Positions 30,501-39,603 of a stretch of DNA of 64,000 nt are shown here, piece after piece. This DNA is from Enterobacteria phage P922. The stretch lies in the sequence record OR999189.1; one strand, given 5' to 3'. Below the pieces are notes generated by a model. The model saw only the letters and a list, made by a program, of their open reading frames with translations, was not told the DNA's origin and did not search any database. The number at the start of each line of letters is the position of its first letter. The first letter of the stretch is position 1. The position numbers were made by a program, and so were the translations under genes.

Positions 30501-31074
30501 AAGATTTCTCCATTATACGTATAAGGTCGTTCATAAATGAATTGATGTCTGATTTTGCTATTATTTTTATTTGACGAAGTTTTTCATTTTCAAGAACAGC
30601 AGCTTCATACGTATCGACCGCAGCAAGTGCTCCTTCATATTGAGGATATTTTCTAGCTTTATCGCCTTTGTCATACCAAACATATGGATTATCATCGTAT
30701 GATATTAAATTATAAAATTTTTCACCGTTTTCATTCACATGATATACTATTTGGTCTCCACCTACGTTTTTGTATTTTTGTATAGATGCTTGATAAGCAG
30801 CTTCTTGCGAAGTAATCCATCCATAATACGGATCATAATTATCATTACACATCAATAAAACCCAATACAACTGCGGATTTCCATATATAGCGTTTGCTAA
30901 TTCTTCCGGGCGTGGTGAACCTTTAATATAATAAGTACGTAAACGGTATCCCGCAAGAGCACGTTTGAAATAGTCTTTATAGTTTCTAAAAATATCTGTC
31001 ATAGGAATAGTCGGCGCGTTTTTATTCACCGTTTTGGCCGCATATTCAATCGGATCAAAAAATGTAAAGAGCAT
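30484..31074 (-). CDS. 53: baseplate wedge protein gp53
   Basis: 196 aa; T4 length; overlaps the start of gene 5. Confidence 0.85.
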   Translation of the reverse strand: MLFTFFDPIEYAAKTVNKNAPTIPMTDIFRNYKDYFKRALAGYRLRTYYIKGSPRPEELANAIYGNPQLYWVLLMCNDNYDPYYGWITSQEAAYQASIQKYKNVGGDQIVYHVNENGEKFYNLISYDDNPYVWYDKGDKARKYPQYEGALAAVDTYEAAVLENEKLRQIKIIAKSDINSFMNDLIRIMEKSYGNDK

Positions 31075-31087
31075 GGGCCCTCCTGTT

Positions 31088-31095
31088 TATAAATA
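31088..31095 (+). promoter_or_regulatory. late promoter (TATAAATA) for gene 4
   Basis: TATAAATA 27 nt upstream of the gene 4 ATG. Confidence 0.6.
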
Positions 31096-31102
31096 TATTA
31101 TC

Positions 31103-31110
31103 TATTTATA
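31103..31110 (-). promoter_or_regulatory. late promoter (TATAAATA) for gene 53
   Basis: Plus-strand TATTTATA 29 nt upstream of the gene 53 start; divergent from the gene 4 promoter. Confidence 0.55.
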
Positions 31111-31121
31111 AGGAGAATCCA

Positions 31122-31574
31122 ATGGCATATTCTGGAAAATGGGTTCCTAAAAATATATCAAAATATAGAGGTGACCCTAAAAAAATTACGTATAGATCAA
31201 ATTGGGAAAAATTCTTTTTTGAATGGTTAGATAAAAATCCAGAAATTATTGCATGGGGTAGTGAAACAGCAGTAATTCCTTATTTTTGTAATGCAGAAGG
31301 GAAAAAACGTAGATACTTCATGGATATTTGGATGAAAGATTCTTCTGGACAAGAATTTTTTATTGAAATAAAACCTAAAAAAGAAACACAACCACCAGTT
31401 AAACCAGCACATCTAACAACTGCAGCGAAGAAAAGATTTATGAATGAAATTTATACATATTCAGTTAATACTGACAAATGGAAAGCAGCGCAATCTTTAG
31501 CTGAAAAGCGTGGAATAAAATTTAGAATTTTAACAGAAGATGGATTACGAGCTCTTGGCTTTAAGGGGGCATAA
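31122..31574 (+). CDS. 4: head completion protein gp4
   Basis: 150 aa; T4 length; divergent from gene 53 with a late promoter upstream. Confidence 0.8.
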   Translation: MAYSGKWVPKNISKYRGDPKKITYRSNWEKFFFEWLDKNPEIIAWGSETAVIPYFCNAEGKKRRYFMDIWMKDSSGQEFFIEIKPKKETQPPVKPAHLTTAAKKRFMNEIYTYSVNTDKWKAAQSLAEKRGIKFRILTEDGLRALGFKGA

Positions 31575-32398
31575 TGGCTATTTTTCAAATAATTAATGAA
31601 AGCACTCCCCAAGTTCCAAAGGTTAAGCAATCATTAAACGAAAAGAAATGGATTCAGATAGGTCTTGAATACAAAAAGGCCAAAGCAAAAGGAATGACAG
31701 GAAAGAAATTTGCTGAAGAAAGAGGAATCAAATACTCTACGTTTACTTCGGCAATGTCAAAATATGCTTCAGGAATTAAAACGGCTGAAAAGATTCAAAA
31801 GCTTGAATCAAAACCAATGAATAAACTCAATAAGCAAGAAAGACAACTGCTTATGATAAATTCATTCAGGCAAACATTGCGTGATAAAATTCGTAATGAA
31901 GGTGCAGCAATTAATAATAAAACCAGAAAGTGGTTTGCTGAAACTATTAAGCAAGTAAAAGGACATAAAGTTGTTCGCCCGCAGCCGGGACGAATATATG
32001 CTTTTGCTTATGATGCTAAACACAAAGAAACTCTTCCTTATTGGGATAAATTTCCTTTGATAATTTACCTCGGTTTAGGTAAACATAATTTAATGTATGG
32101 ATTGAACTTGCACTATATTCCACCTAAAGCTCGTCAGCAATTTCTAGAAGAGCTTTTAAAGCAATATTCAAATACACCTACTATTACTAATAAAACGAAA
32201 TTAAAAATTGATTGGAGTCAAGTGAAAGGATTTAGGGGTGCAGACCAAATGATTAAGGCATATATACCTGGTAATATTATGGGTAGCCTTGTTGAAATCG
32301 CCCCGAAAGACTGGGCGAACGTCGTGTTAATGCCACTTCAGCAGTTCGTTTCAAAAGGAAAACGTTTCTCTGCAAACAAAGTCTGGTCAAATATCTAA
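31574..32398 (+). CDS. 2: DNA end protector protein gp2
   Basis: 274 aa; T4 length and order 4-2-3-1. Confidence 0.8.
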   Translation: MAIFQIINESTPQVPKVKQSLNEKKWIQIGLEYKKAKAKGMTGKKFAEERGIKYSTFTSAMSKYASGIKTAEKIQKLESKPMNKLNKQERQLLMINSFRQTLRDKIRNEGAAINNKTRKWFAETIKQVKGHKVVRPQPGRIYAFAYDAKHKETLPYWDKFPLIIYLGLGKHNLMYGLNLHYIPPKARQQFLEELLKQYSNTPTITNKTKLKIDWSQVKGFRGADQMIKAYIPGNIMGSLVEIAPKDWANVVLMPLQQFVSKGKRFSANKVWSNI

Positions 32399-32504
32399 TT
32401 CTATTATCTTCCATTCTTTTCTATTGTTTGTTCTAATTGGAATTGAATGGAAGGGACTTAGACCCATTATACCACCAACACTTATAAAGCATTATGAGGA
32501 ATAT

Positions 32505-33035
32505 ATGTCGCAAGCACTACAACAAATTTTTAACCAAGCAAATACAACTAACTTTGTAGTATCAATACCGCATAGTAATACTACATCTGCTTTTACTTTA
32601 AATGCTCAGTCAGTTCCTATTCCAGGAATTAGGATACCTGTTACTGATACCGTGACTGGGCCGTTTGGACTGGGCCGAGCACAACGTCCAGGTGTTACAT
32701 TTGAGTACGACCCACTCATTGTGAGATTTATAGTTGATGAAGAGCTTAAGTCGTGGATAGGAATGTATGAATGGATGCTAGGAACTAGCAACTATCTTAC
32801 AGGTGAAAATACTGCCCAAAAAACAGGTCCTGAATACATCACGCTTTACATTTTAGATAATAGTAAAACTGAAATCGTGATGTCAATAAATTTTTATAAG
32901 CCTTGGGTTTCTGACTTGTCTGAAGTAGAATTTAGCTACACGGAAGATTCAGACCCAGCTTTAGTATGTACAGCAACGATTCCTTATACGTATTTTCAAG
33001 TAGAAAAAGATGGCAAAATTATAGCAGAAGTTTAA
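32505..33035 (+). CDS. 3: tail tube terminator / tail completion protein gp3
   Basis: Track ORF starts upstream; first ATG after GAGGA RBS (MSQALQQIF) gives 176 aa, the T4 gp3 length. Confidence 0.75.
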   Translation: MSQALQQIFNQANTTNFVVSIPHSNTTSAFTLNAQSVPIPGIRIPVTDTVTGPFGLGRAQRPGVTFEYDPLIVRFIVDEELKSWIGMYEWMLGTSNYLTGENTAQKTGPEYITLYILDNSKTEIVMSINFYKPWVSDLSEVEFSYTEDSDPALVCTATIPYTYFQVEKDGKIIAEV

Positions 33036-33059
33036 TGCTTCAGTTTCATGTGTTATAAT
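33036..33059 (+). promoter_or_regulatory. middle-mode promoter (MotA box + -10) for gene 1
   Basis: TGCTTCA at 33036..33042 and TATAAT at 33054..33059, 13 bp apart; 26 nt upstream of the gene 1 ATG. Confidence 0.5.
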
Positions 33060-33084
33060 CTTAACTAAATTTGAGGAGAAACAT

Positions 33085-33809
33085 ATGAAACTAATCTTTT
33101 TAAGTGGTGTAAAGCGTAGTGGAAAAGATACTACTGCTGATTTTATCATGAGCAATTATTCTGCGGTTAAATATCAACTTGCTGGTCCTATTAAAGATGC
33201 ATTGGCTTATGCATGGGGTGTATTTGCAGAAAACACTGACTATCCTTGCTTAACTCGTAAAGAGTTTGAAGGAATTGACTATGATCGTGAGACTAATTTA
33301 AATCTGACTAAATCAGAAGTAATCACGATTATGGAACAAGCATTTTGCTATCTTAATAGTAAAAGCCCAATTAAAGGTGTGTGTGTTTTTGAGGACGAAG
33401 GACAAGAATCAGTTGATTCCGTAGCATGTAACAAGATTATTGACGTTATAAATAATATTGAAGATCAATGGTCAGTCCGTCGTCTGATGCAAGCCCTAGG
33501 TACGGATTTGATTGTTAATAACTTCGACCGCATGTATTGGGTAAAATTATTTGCTTTAGATTATCTTGATAAATTTAACTCAGGTTATGATTATTATATC
33601 GTTCCTGATACTCGTCAAGATCATGAAATGGATGCGGCTAGGGCGATGGGTGCTACAGTAATTCATGTAGTTCGTCCTGGTCAAAAATCCAATGATACTC
33701 ATATTACAGAAGCTGGATTGCCAATTCGTGATGGCGATTTAGTAATTACAAACGATGGTTCTCTTGAAGAACTTTTTTCTAAAATTAAAAATACACTAAA
33801 GGTACTATA

Positions 33810-33810
<1 letters not shown>
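33085..33810 (+). CDS. 1: deoxynucleoside monophosphate kinase gp1
   Basis: 241 aa; P-loop GVKRSGKDT; N-terminus MKLIFLSGVKRSGKDTTADFIMSNY as in T4 gp1. Confidence 0.9.
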
Positions 33811-34495
<685 letters not shown>

Positions 34496-34507
34496 TTTCA
34501 CAAAGTT

Positions 34508-34537
34508 GTTTACACGTTGATGAGGTAGTGATACTAT
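34508..34537 (+). promoter_or_regulatory. early promoter (GTTTAC -35 / TGATACTAT extended -10) for ipI
   Basis: GTTTAC at 34508 and TACTAT at 34532, 18-bp spacer. Confidence 0.55.
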
Positions 34538-34567
34538 TACCTTATCAAAATTAATTAGGAAAATAAA

Positions 34568-34855
34568 ATGAAAACATTTAAAGAATTTACTTCTACAGCT
34601 ACCCCGGTTTCTACTATTACCGAAGCTACTCTTACTTCTGAAGTTATTAAAGCAAATAAAGGACGAGAAGGTAAACCAATGATTAGTCTGGTTGATGGCG
34701 AAGAAATCAAAGGTACTGTTTACTTAGGTGATGGGTGGTCTGCTAAAAAGGATGGTGCTACAATCGTTATCTCTCCTGCTGAAGAAACTGCGTTGTTTAA
34801 AGCTAAACACATTTCTGCGGCACATCTCAAGATTATTGCTAAAAATCTTTTGTAA
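34568..34855 (+). CDS. ipI: internal head protein I precursor (IPI-like)
   Basis: 95 aa; N-terminal leader MKTFKEFTS with an ITE cleavage motif; body ATLTSEVIKANKGREGKPMISLVDGEEIKG resembles T4 IPI* from memory. Confidence 0.65.
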   Translation: MKTFKEFTSTATPVSTITEATLTSEVIKANKGREGKPMISLVDGEEIKGTVYLGDGWSAKKDGATIVISPAEETALFKAKHISAAHLKIIAKNLL

Positions 34856-34873
34856 TAAATAATTCACAAAGTT

Positions 34874-34903
34874 GTTTACATGGGGTTTTAGTTGTGATAC
34901 TAT
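34874..34903 (+). promoter_or_regulatory. early promoter for the second ip-like gene
   Basis: GTTTAC at 34874, TACTAT at 34898; -10/5'UTR identical to the ipI promoter. Confidence 0.55.
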
Positions 34904-34933
34904 TACCTTATCAAAATTAATTAGGAAAATAAA

Positions 34934-35242
34934 ATGAAAACTTACCAAGAATTTATCAATGAAGCGGCTGCACCAAAGACATTCGTTATTAATACTCAAG
35001 CGAGTCTTGATGATGAGTACGCAGATGCAATTCTGAGGTCACTTGCTAAGAACGGCGTTGAAGTATCTGCATCGGACTTTAAGAAAGGGTCTTCCGAGAT
35101 GTTTATTTCTATAACTAAAGGATCTAAAGCTAAGATTAAATCATCATTCGGAGTTGCTCGTACCGATCAAATCGACAATCATGACTTTAAACAAACTGGT
35201 GCTAAACGGCATAATACGATTGCATCACGCGGAATAAAATAG
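34934..35242 (+). CDS. internal-protein-like protein with capsid targeting leader
   Basis: 102 aa; leader MKTYQEFINEA; identical promoter/5'UTR module to ipI. Confidence 0.65.
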   Translation: MKTYQEFINEAAAPKTFVINTQASLDDEYADAILRSLAKNGVEVSASDFKKGSSEMFISITKGSKAKIKSSFGVARTDQIDNHDFKQTGAKRHNTIASRGIK

Positions 35243-35253
35243 TTTATAAAACC

Positions 35254-35283
35254 GTTTACTTTTAGATAGGGTAGTGATACTAT
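35254..35283 (+). promoter_or_regulatory. early promoter
   Basis: GTTTAC at 35254, TGATACTAT around 35278; palindrome AGGGTA...TACCCT flanks the -10. Confidence 0.5.
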
Positions 35284-35311
35284 TACCCTATCAACTACTG
35301 AGGAGAATAAA

Positions 35312-35497
35312 ATGAAACGTTGTGAATTAATTCGAAATGTTGCTATTGCAATTTCTGCTTCCGCTTTTAGTTTTTCAATGTTTGTTGGATTTATATGTGG
35401 ATTATTGACTACAGCAGAAAATGTTTTTTCACTTGTAGTAGCATTTTTAATTGGTTTAATCGCTATTGTTATGGATAAAATTTCTAAAGGTGAATAA
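35312..35497 (+). CDS. small hydrophobic membrane protein
   Basis: 61 aa with two hydrophobic helices; preceded by an early promoter and GAGGAG RBS. Confidence 0.5.
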   Translation: MKRCELIRNVAIAISASAFSFSMFVGFICGLLTTAENVFSLVVAFLIGLIAIVMDKISKGE

Positions 35498-35902
35498 ATG
35501 AATATTAACGAATATTATGTTTATGCTGGGGATTATGCAAATCCTTCTCATTTTGAAGGTAATTTAATACCTGATAGAGTTTTTAATACTCCTTTTGAAG
35601 CGTGGAGTTGGGTTGAAAGTAAAAATGGATTTTCTTATCGTTATGTTGAAGTAACTGATTGGAAAGGAACTAAATATCCTAAAGAGCATTATTATGTAGA
35701 CCCATCTAAAGTAAATTTTCTTTTGTTCGCAGGCGATAATTACTATCCTTGCGGTGGATATGATGATTTGATTGCGTATGCTGAAACAGAAGATGAATTA
35801 CGCCAAATTATTGAAGACAATAAATCAAAACGATTTGGCGATAGTTTTGACTGGTGGCAAATCGTAAATGCCCATACACATACTATTGTTGATAAAGGTT
35901 AA
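35498..35902 (+). CDS. hypothetical protein
   Basis: 134-aa ORF, tightly coupled to the upstream ORF. Confidence 0.55.
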   Translation: MNINEYYVYAGDYANPSHFEGNLIPDRVFNTPFEAWSWVESKNGFSYRYVEVTDWKGTKYPKEHYYVDPSKVNFLLFAGDNYYPCGGYDDLIAYAETEDELRQIIEDNKSKRFGDSFDWWQIVNAHTHTIVDKG

Positions 35903-35904
35903 TA

Positions 35905-36192
35905 ATGATTCTTTATGCGAAAGTATCATCCATTGAAAATGGATATAAATATGATCAAGAAGCAGCTAAAGCCTTGATTGATGATTATGGCATTTTAACA
36001 TGTTTTGAAGTTGAAAAGGTTTACATTGACCGTTCATCTTCTCAAGTTAAATTAGTGAAGGAAGACCGTAAATTTAATACAGTAAATTTTGATTTCTTTA
36101 TTGAAACGGAAAAAGGTCCTCTTGAATATGATATTTTCAAGAATCCTTTGGGTCTTGAATGCATCGTAAATATGTATTATCATAAATGGTAA
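35905..36192 (+). CDS. hypothetical protein
   Basis: 95-aa ORF starting 3 nt after the upstream stop. Confidence 0.5.
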   Translation: MILYAKVSSIENGYKYDQEAAKALIDDYGILTCFEVEKVYIDRSSSQVKLVKEDRKFNTVNFDFFIETEKGPLEYDIFKNPLGLECIVNMYYHKW

Positions 36193-36289
36193 ATATGCTT
36201 TAAGAATTATTTGTTATTATTAACTTATATCGCACTGATTAATACCCTCTATCATCAAGGGTTCTTGTTTGAGAGCCTTTGTTAATAAT

Positions 36290-36362
36290 TGGGAATTAGC
36301 CAAGTTGGTAAGGCACTGGATTTTGATTCCAGGATGCAAAGGTTCGAGTCCTTTATTCCCAG
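36290..36362 (+). tRNA. tRNA-Gln (anticodon UUG)
   Basis: Hand-folded cloverleaf: acceptor TGGGAAT/ATTCCCA, anticodon loop ttTTGat, T-loop GGTTCGAGTCC. Confidence 0.8.
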
Positions 36363-36363
36363 C

Positions 36364-36450
36364 GCGAGAATGGTCAAATTGGTAAAGGCACAGCACTTAA
36401 AATGCTGCGGAATGATTTCCTTGTGGGTTCGAGTCCCACTTCTCGCACCA
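36364..36450 (+). tRNA. tRNA-Leu (anticodon UAA)
   Basis: Acceptor GCGAGAA/TTCTCGC, anticodon loop ctTAAaa, long variable arm, encoded CCA. Confidence 0.8.
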
Positions 36451-36455
36451 AATTT

Positions 36456-36529
<74 letters not shown>

Positions 36530-36539
36530 ATTTAATTTA

Positions 36540-36612
36540 CTCCGTGTAGCTAGTTTGGTAGAGCGCCTGATTTGGGATCAGGAGGTCCAAGGTTCAAATC
36601 CTTGTATGGAGA
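36540..36612 (+). tRNA. tRNA-Pro (anticodon UGG)
   Basis: Anticodon stem CCTGA/TCAGG with loop ttTGGga; T-arm CAAGGTTCAAATCCTTG; acceptor stem has two G-U pairs. Confidence 0.7.
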
Positions 36613-36614
36613 CT

Positions 36615-36704
36615 GGAGGCGTGGCAGAGTGGTTTAATGCACCGGTCTTGAAAACCGGCAGTCGCTCCGGCGACTCATAGGTTCAAATCCTATCGCCTCC
36701 GCCA
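36615..36704 (+). tRNA. tRNA-Ser (anticodon UGA)
   Basis: Acceptor GGAGGCG/CGCCTCC, anticodon loop ctTGAaa, long variable arm, encoded CCA. Confidence 0.8.
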
Positions 36705-36709
36705 GTTTT

Positions 36710-36785
36710 GCTGATTTAGCTCAGTAGGTAGAGCAACTCACTTGTAATGAGAAGGTCGGCGGTTCGATTCCGTTAATCAGCACCA
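36710..36785 (+). tRNA. tRNA-Thr (anticodon UGU)
   Basis: Acceptor GCTGATT/AATCAGC, D-arm GCTCAGTAGGTAGAGC, anticodon loop ctTGTaa, encoded CCA. Confidence 0.8.
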
Positions 36786-36786
36786 A

Positions 36787-36861
36787 GGCCCTGTAGCTGG
36801 AAGGTTCAAGCAAGCGACTCATAATCGCCAGATGGTGGTTCAATTCCACCCAGGGCCACCA
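36787..36861 (+). tRNA. tRNA-Ile/Met (anticodon CAU; probably the lysidine-modified Ile type)
   Basis: Acceptor GGCCCTG/CAGGGCC, anticodon loop ctCATaa, T-loop GGTTCAATTCC, encoded CCA. Confidence 0.7.
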
Positions 36862-36870
36862 AATTAATTT

Positions 36871-36957
36871 GGGGAGTTATCCCGTAGAGGTAGCGGTGTG
36901 GACTGTAAATCCATTGTCATTGCGACTCGGGTGGTTCGACTCCATCACTCCCCACCA
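36871..36957 (+). tRNA. tRNA-Tyr (anticodon GUA)
   Basis: Acceptor GGGGAGT/ACTCCCC, anticodon stem-loop GTGGA-ctGTAaa-TCCAT, long variable arm, encoded CCA; D-arm fold uncertain. Confidence 0.6.
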
Positions 36958-36961
36958 ATTT

Positions 36962-37036
36962 GGATGTGTAGCTCAATGGCAGAGCGATCGCCTGTTAAGC
37001 GATTGGTTATAGGTTCGAATCCTATCACGTCCGCCA
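36962..37036 (+). tRNA. tRNA-Asn (anticodon GUU)
   Basis: Acceptor GGATGTG/CACGTCC, D-arm GCTCAATGGCAGAGC, anticodon loop ctGTTaa, encoded CCA. Confidence 0.75.
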
Positions 37037-37040
37037 AATC

Positions 37041-37116
37041 CGAGGCATAGCTCAGAAGGAAGAGCAAGGACCTTCTAAGTCCTAGGTCGTAGGTTCGATC
37101 CCTACTGCCTCGACCA
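37041..37116 (+). tRNA. tRNA-Arg (anticodon UCU)
   Basis: Acceptor CGAGGCA/TGCCTCG, D-arm GCTCAGAAGGAAGAGC, anticodon loop ctTCTaa, T-loop GGTTCGATCC, encoded CCA. Confidence 0.75.
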
Positions 37117-37132
37117 ATTAAGTGAGGAAAAT

Positions 37133-37483
37133 ATGAAAGGTAATGTTTATTTAGTAGTTCATGATTTAACATTCTATTTTAATCACAATGACACTGTTAT
37201 TTCTGAACGTGTAATTAATTTACTTTATCAGCATGCAGATTATGTTTATGTCGAAAATGAATACGGTCATTGGCAATTTCTCAAAAATCGTTCATTTGGT
37301 TTAGATGGTTACGAATATTTTGAACGTAAAGATCTTTTAGATAAAATTCCGTTATCTACACAATATCAAAATCACAAGTCTTTATATAAATGCCGCCCAA
37401 TTCGAAATGCTGAATCTGCATATGAAGCGATTGATTTATGGCGTAAACGCCGTGAACAAATTGATGCTTTAAAAGAATATTAA
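37133..37483 (+). CDS. hypothetical protein
   Basis: 116-aa ORF with GAGGAAAA RBS starting 17 nt after tRNA-Arg. Confidence 0.55.
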   Translation: MKGNVYLVVHDLTFYFNHNDTVISERVINLLYQHADYVYVENEYGHWQFLKNRSFGLDGYEYFERKDLLDKIPLSTQYQNHKSLYKCRPIRNAESAYEAIDLWRKRREQIDALKEY

Positions 37484-37689
37484 GAAACCGGGTCGCTACC
37501 GGTAAGTCGTCGGACTGATGTTCCCTGGAGTATAGTTTCTCCCACAGTTTTACTGTGTTCTGATTCTTTACTATCACAGCAGAAACGGCGCACCGAATTA
37601 TCGATTCGAGGAAATATCTTTGCCGTAAGCCGAGTAGCGTTTTTGACGGAACGTTCGGATATGATCGAGATATGGCCTTTTAAAAATAT

Positions 37690-37817
37690 TGAGTAGCGTC
37701 AACTACTTAATAACCGGGTTCGAATCCCGGCGTTTCGTACAAACACTTGCCTTAGCAGGTGGAACCCCGACAAGGTTGCCGCAAGGCTTAGCCCCGACCG
37801 AAAGGTTGGGGCTTTTT
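37690..37817 (+). ncRNA. candidate small stable RNA(s) downstream of the tRNA array (T4 rnaC/rnaD-like)
   Basis: About 400 nt without a credible ORF; tRNA-like T-arm CCGGGTTCGAATCCCGG and terminal hairpin GCCCCGACCGAAAGGTTGGGGC followed by TTTTT. Confidence 0.3.
37791..37817 (+). terminator. rho-independent terminator
   Basis: GC stem CCCCGACC...GGTTGGGG followed by a T5 run. Confidence 0.6.
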
Positions 37818-37907
37818 AGTTTGAATCACATAGAGAATGCTGTTACGGATAATAACAAAGTAATAAATAATTAATAACCAACCGATAAATTATTTCAAGG
37901 ATTTTAA

Positions 37908-38471
37908 ATGAAAACCTATGCCGAATTTTTAACCGAAGCAGCAAAATTACCATCTGAAGCAGATCTTACTAAAGTATTCTTCCAATTAGACCCAAAAGAC
38001 CGTGGCGATTTTCTTAAGTGGAAAGCTAAAGCTATTGAAATGTATAACATCGATAATAGTTCTTTTACGATGAGTCAAGAAAATAAATTCAATAAAGCAT
38101 TTTTCAAAATTTCTAAGAAATTGGCATCAGGCGCTCAGGTTCCTAAATCTGCCTTAGCTACTCCTGAACGTGCACCTGTTAAAATTTCTAAGAATATGTT
38201 TGACACTAAAAAATATGTTAATGCTTTGAATAAAGCTCTTGACGCATTGGATGATGCAAAGAAGGCAGCCCGTGATCTTCAAGACGTGTACACCGATTTT
38301 GATCGTAAAACTAAAGGTTCTATTTCAAATAGCGAACGCAATAGTGTAAGTGTTTATTCTGATAGCCTTGATGTTCTTGGCGATGCGTATACTGAAATTA
38401 AAAATCGTATTAACACTGCATCTAAGCTAAAAGCTGCCGCAGAAGCTATAATAACTAAACTAGATAAATAA
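37908..38471 (+). CDS. internal-protein-like protein with capsid targeting leader
   Basis: 187 aa; leader MKTYAEFLTEA; followed by a terminator hairpin. Confidence 0.6.
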   Translation: MKTYAEFLTEAAKLPSEADLTKVFFQLDPKDRGDFLKWKAKAIEMYNIDNSSFTMSQENKFNKAFFKISKKLASGAQVPKSALATPERAPVKISKNMFDTKKYVNALNKALDALDDAKKAARDLQDVYTDFDRKTKGSISNSERNSVSVYSDSLDVLGDAYTEIKNRINTASKLKAAAEAIITKLDK

Positions 38472-38479
38472 TTTTAAAT

Positions 38480-38504
38480 CCCTATCTAAATGATAGGGCT
38501 TTTT
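38480..38504 (+). terminator. rho-independent terminator
   Basis: Hairpin CCCTATC-taaat-GATAGGG followed by CTTTTT. Confidence 0.65.
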
Positions 38505-38637
38505 GGTATCTAGGCCTTTCTGGACCTCTCTAGGCATCATTTAGTTTCTACCCTTTATAATATATTATCCTATCCTTTAATTGCCCCTCCCTGCCCTAGA
38601 ATTCTCTAAAACTTTTTAAAAATTTTTTCACAAAACT

Positions 38638-38667
38638 GTTTACACCCTTGTCATTCCATGGTACTAT
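38638..38667 (+). promoter_or_regulatory. early promoter
   Basis: GTTTAC at 38638 and TGGTACTATACAACTATCAA at the -10 region. Confidence 0.5.
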
Positions 38668-38710
38668 ACAACTATCAACTACTGATACAGAAAACAACTT
38701 GGAGAATGAA

Positions 38711-38974
38711 ATGGATAATTACGGCGAACTGTTCAACTTCTTTATGAAATGTGTTTCAGAAGATTTCGGTCGTACAGTGAATGATATTAAAGTTATCGGT
38801 CCTGACTATCCGATGTTTGAAACTTACGCAGTAATGGGTAATGAAGACGGTCAGTGGTATACTGTAAAGGTTGTGATTAACATGTTCACTGCTGAAGGTT
38901 ATGTTAAACTGTCTTCTAAAGTTTACCATGATAACGACGAAATTGCAGAAGAATATTTTAATAATATGAAATAA
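38711..38974 (+). CDS. hypothetical protein
   Basis: Track ORF starts at a TTG inside the promoter; first ATG (MDNYGELFNF) after GGAG RBS gives 87 aa. Confidence 0.5.
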   Translation: MDNYGELFNFFMKCVSEDFGRTVNDIKVIGPDYPMFETYAVMGNEDGQWYTVKVVINMFTAEGYVKLSSKVYHDNDEIAEEYFNNMK

Positions 38975-39029
38975 GTTTACATAGGCTCATGATTGAGATA
39001 TTATGAGCCTATAATTTGAGGAAACTGTT

Positions 39030-39560
39030 ATGTCTCTTTATACCGAACTGAATGAAACTTCCGAAAAATCTTTTGATGGTATTTTATCAATAATGCAAAA
39101 GCAGATATTAGAACAGCTTAGTGAAGCCGCAAGCAACGGACATAAGGCTTGTCGAATCCCAAGCCCACATCGTCGCCTGTATGAACGCCCTCTTATTAAT
39201 TGGCTAGAAAGTGAAGGTCTTACGGTTAAGATTTGTCCTGCCAAATTTGATGTCCCACGCATTCTTAATATTTACTGGGATAAACCGGTTGAGAAACCGA
39301 TTGAGAAAAGTGACCCTTGGGTTGTTAATGTAAAAACATATGATAATGGATGCTCACTTGAGGTGTCTGCTGTAATTAAAGGCACTCACGGTGAAAAATC
39401 GTGGGGTTGGCCTGGTAAAGATAAAGAAATCGTGTTAAGTGTAAAAGCTACTAGTATTAGTACTCCTATAGCTAAAAGCATTATTAATGCTGCTATCGAT
39501 GAAGCTGAACGAATTTGTAAAATTAAAAATAGTTTACATCTCTCAAATAATGGGATATAA
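39030..39560 (+). CDS. hypothetical protein
   Basis: 176-aa ORF with GAGGAAA RBS. Confidence 0.55.
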   Translation: MSLYTELNETSEKSFDGILSIMQKQILEQLSEAASNGHKACRIPSPHRRLYERPLINWLESEGLTVKICPAKFDVPRILNIYWDKPVEKPIEKSDPWVVNVKTYDNGCSLEVSAVIKGTHGEKSWGWPGKDKEIVLSVKATSISTPIAKSIINAAIDEAERICKIKNSLHLSNNGI

Positions 39561-39603
39561 TTCTTCCACAGATTTTAAATCTCAATTAACCTAAGGAAAT
39601 ACT

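Noticed and set aside
37356-37874. ORFs 37356..37577 (minus) and 37689..37874 (plus) in the non-coding region
   Set aside because: No RBS, non-ATG start, and they overlap hairpins and a terminator; the region is more plausibly RNA-coding.
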